From a virus, in the IMG/VR virus record IMGVR_UViG_3300030098_005194, positions 38,397 to 102,396 of that record: a stretch of 64,000 nt of DNA. The stretch is one strand, 5' to 3'. Position 1 is the stretch's first letter. The number at the start of each line of letters is the position of its first letter. This document shows positions 60,673 through 64,000 of the stretch, in pieces. The position numbers were made by a program, and so were the translations under genes. The notes below the pieces were generated by a model. The model was given only the letters and a program-made list of their open reading frames with translations, was not told the origin of the DNA and searched no databases.

Positions 60673-60863
60673 TTCTTCTTCCCCTTCTTGCCTCTGAATT
60701 TTCCTCTACAATACTGTACGGCCCATCCATTAGCATAGGCAGAGGGATAAACTTTGAATTTTCTTTTTGCTGCCGCTTTTCCTTCCGGGCAGAGTTTCTT
60801 TTCCAAAACATCCCAAGCACCGTTCATACCTACGCAGTGACCACAACCACAAGAACCTATCAT
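60669..60863 (-). CDS. small basic protein (KRKFKVYPSAYANGW family)
   Basis: CGCGHC + MNGAWDVLEK leader. Confidence 0.7.
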   Translation of the reverse strand: MIGSCGCGHCVGMNGAWDVLEKKLCPEGKAAAKRKFKVYPSAYANGWAVQYCRGKFRGKKGKKK

Positions 60864-60877
60864 CTAATATCCCACCG

Positions 60878-61159
60878 TTATTTTTTCTTATTATCCATTT
60901 CTTTTAATTCAGGATGATATAGCATTTTTACTTTCTTGGCGTCTTTTTTAATAGATTTTCCATCTACTAAGACTTCTATTGGATATGGTTCATGGTCATC
61001 ATACCAATAAGCCATTTCATAGGCTCCATTTTTCAATAGTTTTACAATTAAACCCCTTTTGTGTTTTTTATCATCTGCTTCAAGAATCATTTCCTTACCT
61101 TGTGGAAGAATCAAATCAGCTTCCTTTCTCTTTTTTAATAAGTACCACCAGTCCGACAT
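60878..61159 (-). CDS. small protein with WWYLLK leader
   Basis: Start MSDWW coupled to upstream stop (TGATG); AT-rich gene. Confidence 0.65.
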   Translation of the reverse strand: MSDWWYLLKKRKEADLILPQGKEMILEADDKKHKRGLIVKLLKNGAYEMAYWYDDHEPYPIEVLVDGKSIKKDAKKVKMLYHPELKEMDNKKK

Positions 61160-61911
61160 CAACAGTTCCACCTCTTCAATGCTGCACCTTTGGGAGTTAG
61201 TTTACCGTCCTTACTAGTTGGTCCCTTAGAACCACTCATACGAGCGCAGAATGACTTGCGCCTTTTGGCCCTCTTGCTTCCGGGTTTGAGTTTGGATGGC
61301 TTGGTTGTGACAGGTGGTTTTAGATTAGCGCCTGTCTCTCGCTTGAACTTAGCACGACCAGCAGCATTTAAGCCACCCTTTCTATGATGCCTCTTGGGAT
61401 TGTAACCGTGAAACGGCTTTGACTTCTTCTTTCCTTTTTCAAAAACAGAGTCCAAAAGAGCCATGGAAGCCTGTTGCATTGGTGTGCAACAATCACAGGT
61501 TTCAGATTTCAAAGTCAATGGCACAAGGTTCTGTCTAGGTATACCACCAGCTCTGACATTACTCTCAGTTCCAGCAAATACACCACCTGCTGGCTCTGCT
61601 TGTCTTACTGGTTCTGAAAGTCCCCCTGCTCTCACGCCAACCACGCCTACGCTACTCTGAGGTAAGCCTAGCTTTTTGGCTCTTTCTTGTGCAAACCTAA
61701 GTGCCAGCTCCCTATCAGGTGAAGTGTATGATATTTTTTCCTCTCCCCTTAGTGGTTTGGGAATGTAGCGTTTGGACCTACCTGTGGTTGGACCTCCCCT
61801 GATTCCCTCTTCCATAACTGCTGGCATATCAACAGTACCATGATATTCGCTAACTGGGCCCATGCTACTAGGAAAATCTTGATGAAACTCACCGAGTTCA
61901 GTCTGTCTCAT
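61159..61911 (-). CDS. two-domain protein: ADP-ribosyltransferase-like domain + basic SFCARM...WNC domain
   Basis: YHGT...GI...YTSPDRELALRFA...IP..NL ART pattern; internal tag; GGLNAAGR...RRKSFCARM...RWNC. Confidence 0.65.
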   Translation of the reverse strand: MRQTELGEFHQDFPSSMGPVSEYHGTVDMPAVMEEGIRGGPTTGRSKRYIPKPLRGEEKISYTSPDRELALRFAQERAKKLGLPQSSVGVVGVRAGGLSEPVRQAEPAGGVFAGTESNVRAGGIPRQNLVPLTLKSETCDCCTPMQQASMALLDSVFEKGKKKSKPFHGYNPKRHHRKGGLNAAGRAKFKRETGANLKPPVTTKPSKLKPGSKRAKRRKSFCARMSGSKGPTSKDGKLTPKGAALKRWNC

Positions 61912-63320
61912 CTTACTTTCACTCTCCTTAGAGTACCTCGATTCTTGAAATGTCTGGCTCTATTAGCATGCTCAGGCTCAAGAGTCAACTTACCGCCTTG
62001 TGTGTGGCTCACATCCATGTGGTCGCCAGAGCCGTAAATGCCTCTTTTTCTTCTTTCAGCATGTAATTCACGCTGGTACTTTCTTCTCTCAGGGGTCTTT
62101 TCATACCTCTTGTCATACTCCAACTTACGCCTCATAGCTTCTGGTGACTTACGTTCTTTGAGCAACTGCATTGCGATGTCCATTGGTTCGCTACGGGTAA
62201 AACGAGTAGCATCATTAAATGGAAATCCATAGAAAGAAGGGCCTTCATCATCCTGTATTCTAGCCTGATTAACTCTTATTGGTAGTTCATTGTATTGTCC
62301 CAATACTAATGCTCTTAAAAGCGCAATATCCCTAACGGATAAGTCTCCTAAGTCTCCAGTATTGATTCCCCGCTCGACAGCGTTGATATGGCCTGATGTG
62401 AACTCAACATCGCCTTCTTTTGTGCCGGTTGTTTCAGTCTGTTCAGGTAATCCTTGCCACCATGGACCGTATTCACCGGGGTCGTATCTCCCATCAATAT
62501 ACGCCTCTCTGTAAGCGTTTGCTCTTCGATTAGATTCATCGGATAAAGATGAGTCGCCTTCCAAACCCAACTCCGATACGTGACCCGGATGAATATCGGG
62601 AGCGCGTTCACCGAATACTTCCTCATATGATTCACGGGGAAAATCATCTTCTTTGAGCAACTGCATTGCTATGTTCATTGGTTCCCCAGTTCGGATGGTA
62701 CGATTTTGCCTTCTCATGGCCGCCAACCTCTTCATCTGTTTCTTCGACATACCGTGTGCATTTACTACTTTATCGACACTCATAGCGGCAGCCTTGAATG
62801 GTTGAGGTGCCTCGTGATGCATCTCCGAGCGACGTAGCATGACTGTGTTTAGCTCAGGTTTCATGTTATTTTTTCTATGTGGTCTTACGATAGCAACAAT
62901 TGAATCACCGTTGCTCTTTGTGTAAGTTTCATCTGGTATTCTATGTTCATCCAAAATGTGAGTTCTGATTGCTAAGTTTCTTGGCGCACCGGGTTTGTAA
63001 AGACCGTATTCATCCAAAAAATCTCCCATAGCGCTTGTTATTCTATCTCTAACCTCTTGTTGTTCTCTCTCATTTACTACTCTTTCTCTGTCAGTCAATC
63101 TCTCATGAGAGTGAGGAGCGAAGAAATTTTGACCCAAATTAACAACAGGGGGTCTAGAAACATCGACTTGTGGTGCAGTAACTGGGTTTGGTTTTGCATA
63201 TTGCATCTGCCAAGCTCTTTCTGCTGCATCCAAATCCTTCTCTTCATTACCAATTTGTGTGTAATTAGGAGGTAGCATCTCCTTCAACAAGAGCATCCAA
63301 GCTTGCTCAAAAGGGTTCAT
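61908..63320 (-). CDS. three-module polyprotein (RNase-like / acidic / HNH-like) separated by repeated tags
   Basis: MNPFEQAWMLLLK; two EPM(N/D)IAMQLLKE; C-terminal DHMDVSH...HANRAR. Confidence 0.7.
   Translation of the reverse strand: MNPFEQAWMLLLKEMLPPNYTQIGNEEKDLDAAERAWQMQYAKPNPVTAPQVDVSRPPVVNLGQNFFAPHSHERLTDRERVVNEREQQEVRDRITSAMGDFLDEYGLYKPGAPRNLAIRTHILDEHRIPDETYTKSNGDSIVAIVRPHRKNNMKPELNTVMLRRSEMHHEAPQPFKAAAMSVDKVVNAHGMSKKQMKRLAAMRRQNRTIRTGEPMNIAMQLLKEDDFPRESYEEVFGERAPDIHPGHVSELGLEGDSSLSDESNRRANAYREAYIDGRYDPGEYGPWWQGLPEQTETTGTKEGDVEFTSGHINAVERGINTGDLGDLSVRDIALLRALVLGQYNELPIRVNQARIQDDEGPSFYGFPFNDATRFTRSEPMDIAMQLLKERKSPEAMRRKLEYDKRYEKTPERRKYQRELHAERRKRGIYGSGDHMDVSHTQGGKLTLEPEHANRARHFKNRGTLRRVKVR
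62154..62684. repeat. 36-bp direct repeat (62154-62189, 62649-62684; 34/36 identical) encoding EPMxIAMQLLKE
   Basis: ttctttgagcaactgcattgc(g/t)atgt(c/t)cattggttc. Confidence 0.9.
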
Positions 63321-63646
63321 TTTGCTCTCTCCTTGGTTTTCTTCTTTTGTTGCTCAATAAATCTCCTGTATATTGCAGCCTCACTGGTCTTGCCCATCTC
63401 CCTCGCCCTCTGCTCCATGGCTATCGCGGCTTGGGTCTTGTGAGCGTGACTGCGACTGCTGCCGCGTATCTTCGCCACCGACGCTCTGGCCTTCGCCGGG
63501 TCCTTGAAGCCGAGGCCGTGTATCGTGCCCTTTGGGTCTTCATCGGTATACAGGTCAGAGTGCTTTTTGGATTTCGCGGGCTGCCCCTTCTTGCGTGCTA
63601 TCCTCGGTCCCTTCAGCACAGTCCACGCTTGGTCGAAGGCGTTCAT
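63317..63646 (-). CDS. basic protein (KKHSDLYTDEDPKGTIHGLGFKD family), GC-rich gene
   Basis: MNAFDQAWTVLK|G leader; GGTGAG SD. Confidence 0.75.
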   Translation of the reverse strand: MNAFDQAWTVLKGPRIARKKGQPAKSKKHSDLYTDEDPKGTIHGLGFKDPAKARASVAKIRGSSRSHAHKTQAAIAMEQRAREMGKTSEAAIYRRFIEQQKKKTKERAK

Positions 63647-63852
63647 TTTCTTCTCACCACTCTGACAAGTCCAGTTTGTCTACGCATCTTTGGTCTAATG
63701 TTACCGCGAGATAAATTTCGGGCATACCTAGCCCTAGTTTTGCGATTTTTGGTTTTTCTAGCAAGCCTCTGCACTTTGGCTTGTGCTAATCTTTTTGGCC
63801 TATCTTGTATGTAAGAGCGACCCTTGTAGACCAATACCTCACGGTCACCCAT
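63643..63852 (-). CDS. small Arg/Lys-rich protein
   Basis: VLVYK|G leader; protamine-like composition. Confidence 0.65.
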   Translation of the reverse strand: MGDREVLVYKGRSYIQDRPKRLAQAKVQRLARKTKNRKTRARYARNLSRGNIRPKMRRQTGLVRVVRRK

Positions 63853-63891
63853 GAAATGTGGTACATTGCGATACTGTTTTTATGTTCCGCT

Positions 63892-64000
63892 CTATCCGAC
63901 TATCATGCCAGCAGCAGTAGTAGCTCCATTAGTGGCGCCTGTAGTAACAGGTGCAGCAGGTGCAGCAGGTGCAGCAGGTGCAGGTGCAGCAGGTGCAGGT
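63892..64000 (-). CDS. 3' end of a gene with Pro-Ala tandem repeats (partial)
   Basis: ...PAPAAPAPAAPAAPAAPVTTGATNGATTAAGMIVG*; gcaggtgca repeats 63948-64000. Confidence 0.6.
   Translation of the reverse strand, partial: PAPAAPAPAAPAAPAAPVTTGATNGATTAAGMIVG

Noticed and set aside
60377-60820. 147-aa alternative-frame minus-strand ORF
   Set aside because: Overlaps two better-supported coupled ORFs that carry leaders and recognisable motifs
62154-62684. 36-bp repeat as a CRISPR or DGR repeat
   Set aside because: Only two copies 495 bp apart, in-frame coding, no cas or reverse transcriptase gene in the window
686-63814. Numerous plus-strand ORFs of 60-234 aa in the track
   Set aside because: All lie antisense to long, coupled minus-strand genes, lack SD motifs and have shadow-frame composition
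63948-64000. GCAGGT tandem repeat as a regulatory array
   Set aside because: Explained by a Pro-Ala linker in a truncated CDS
1-64000. tRNA, rRNA, integrase or IS elements
   Set aside because: Intergenic gaps are short and show no cloverleaf; no recombinase or transposase motifs found by eye

Overview
The window is the late (virion morphogenesis) region of a large head-tail dsDNA virus, almost entirely on the minus strand. Archaeal-type GGAGGTGA/GGTGA ribosome-binding sites and the gene order point to an archaeal Caudoviricetes virus, most likely a Magrovirus-like virus of marine Poseidoniales (MGII); that assignment is inference, not a database result. In transcription order (right to left) it carries: an array of small basic/effector 'cargo' genes (60.3-63.9 kb); an AT-rich dyad element; an operon with membrane proteins and an Arf-like small GTPase (56.5-60.2 kb); TerS; internal-protein genes; TerL; a LAGLIDADG protein; portal; a 1736-aa protein with a degenerate DNA-ligase domain; HK97 prohead protease/scaffold; major capsid protein; head-tail genes; tail tube; tail chaperones joined by a -1 frameshift; a very short tape-measure-like gene; a 5697-aa giant tail protein; and tail fibres. 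Three novel signals stand out. (1) A recurring helical '(E)xM(D/N)xA(W/M)xxLLK' tag, plus a 'VxVxK' variant, ends in a Lys resembling prohead-protease sites. It heads many ORFs and also separates domains inside polyproteins, suggesting a modular capsid-targeting and cleavage system that loads effectors (ART-like, RNase-like, HNH-like, pseudo-ligase) into the head. (2) Several of these putative cargo proteins carry PCNA-binding (PIP-box-like) motifs. (3) A virus-encoded Arf/Sar1-like GTPase operon with membrane proteins. No tRNA, rRNA or CRISPR array was seen.
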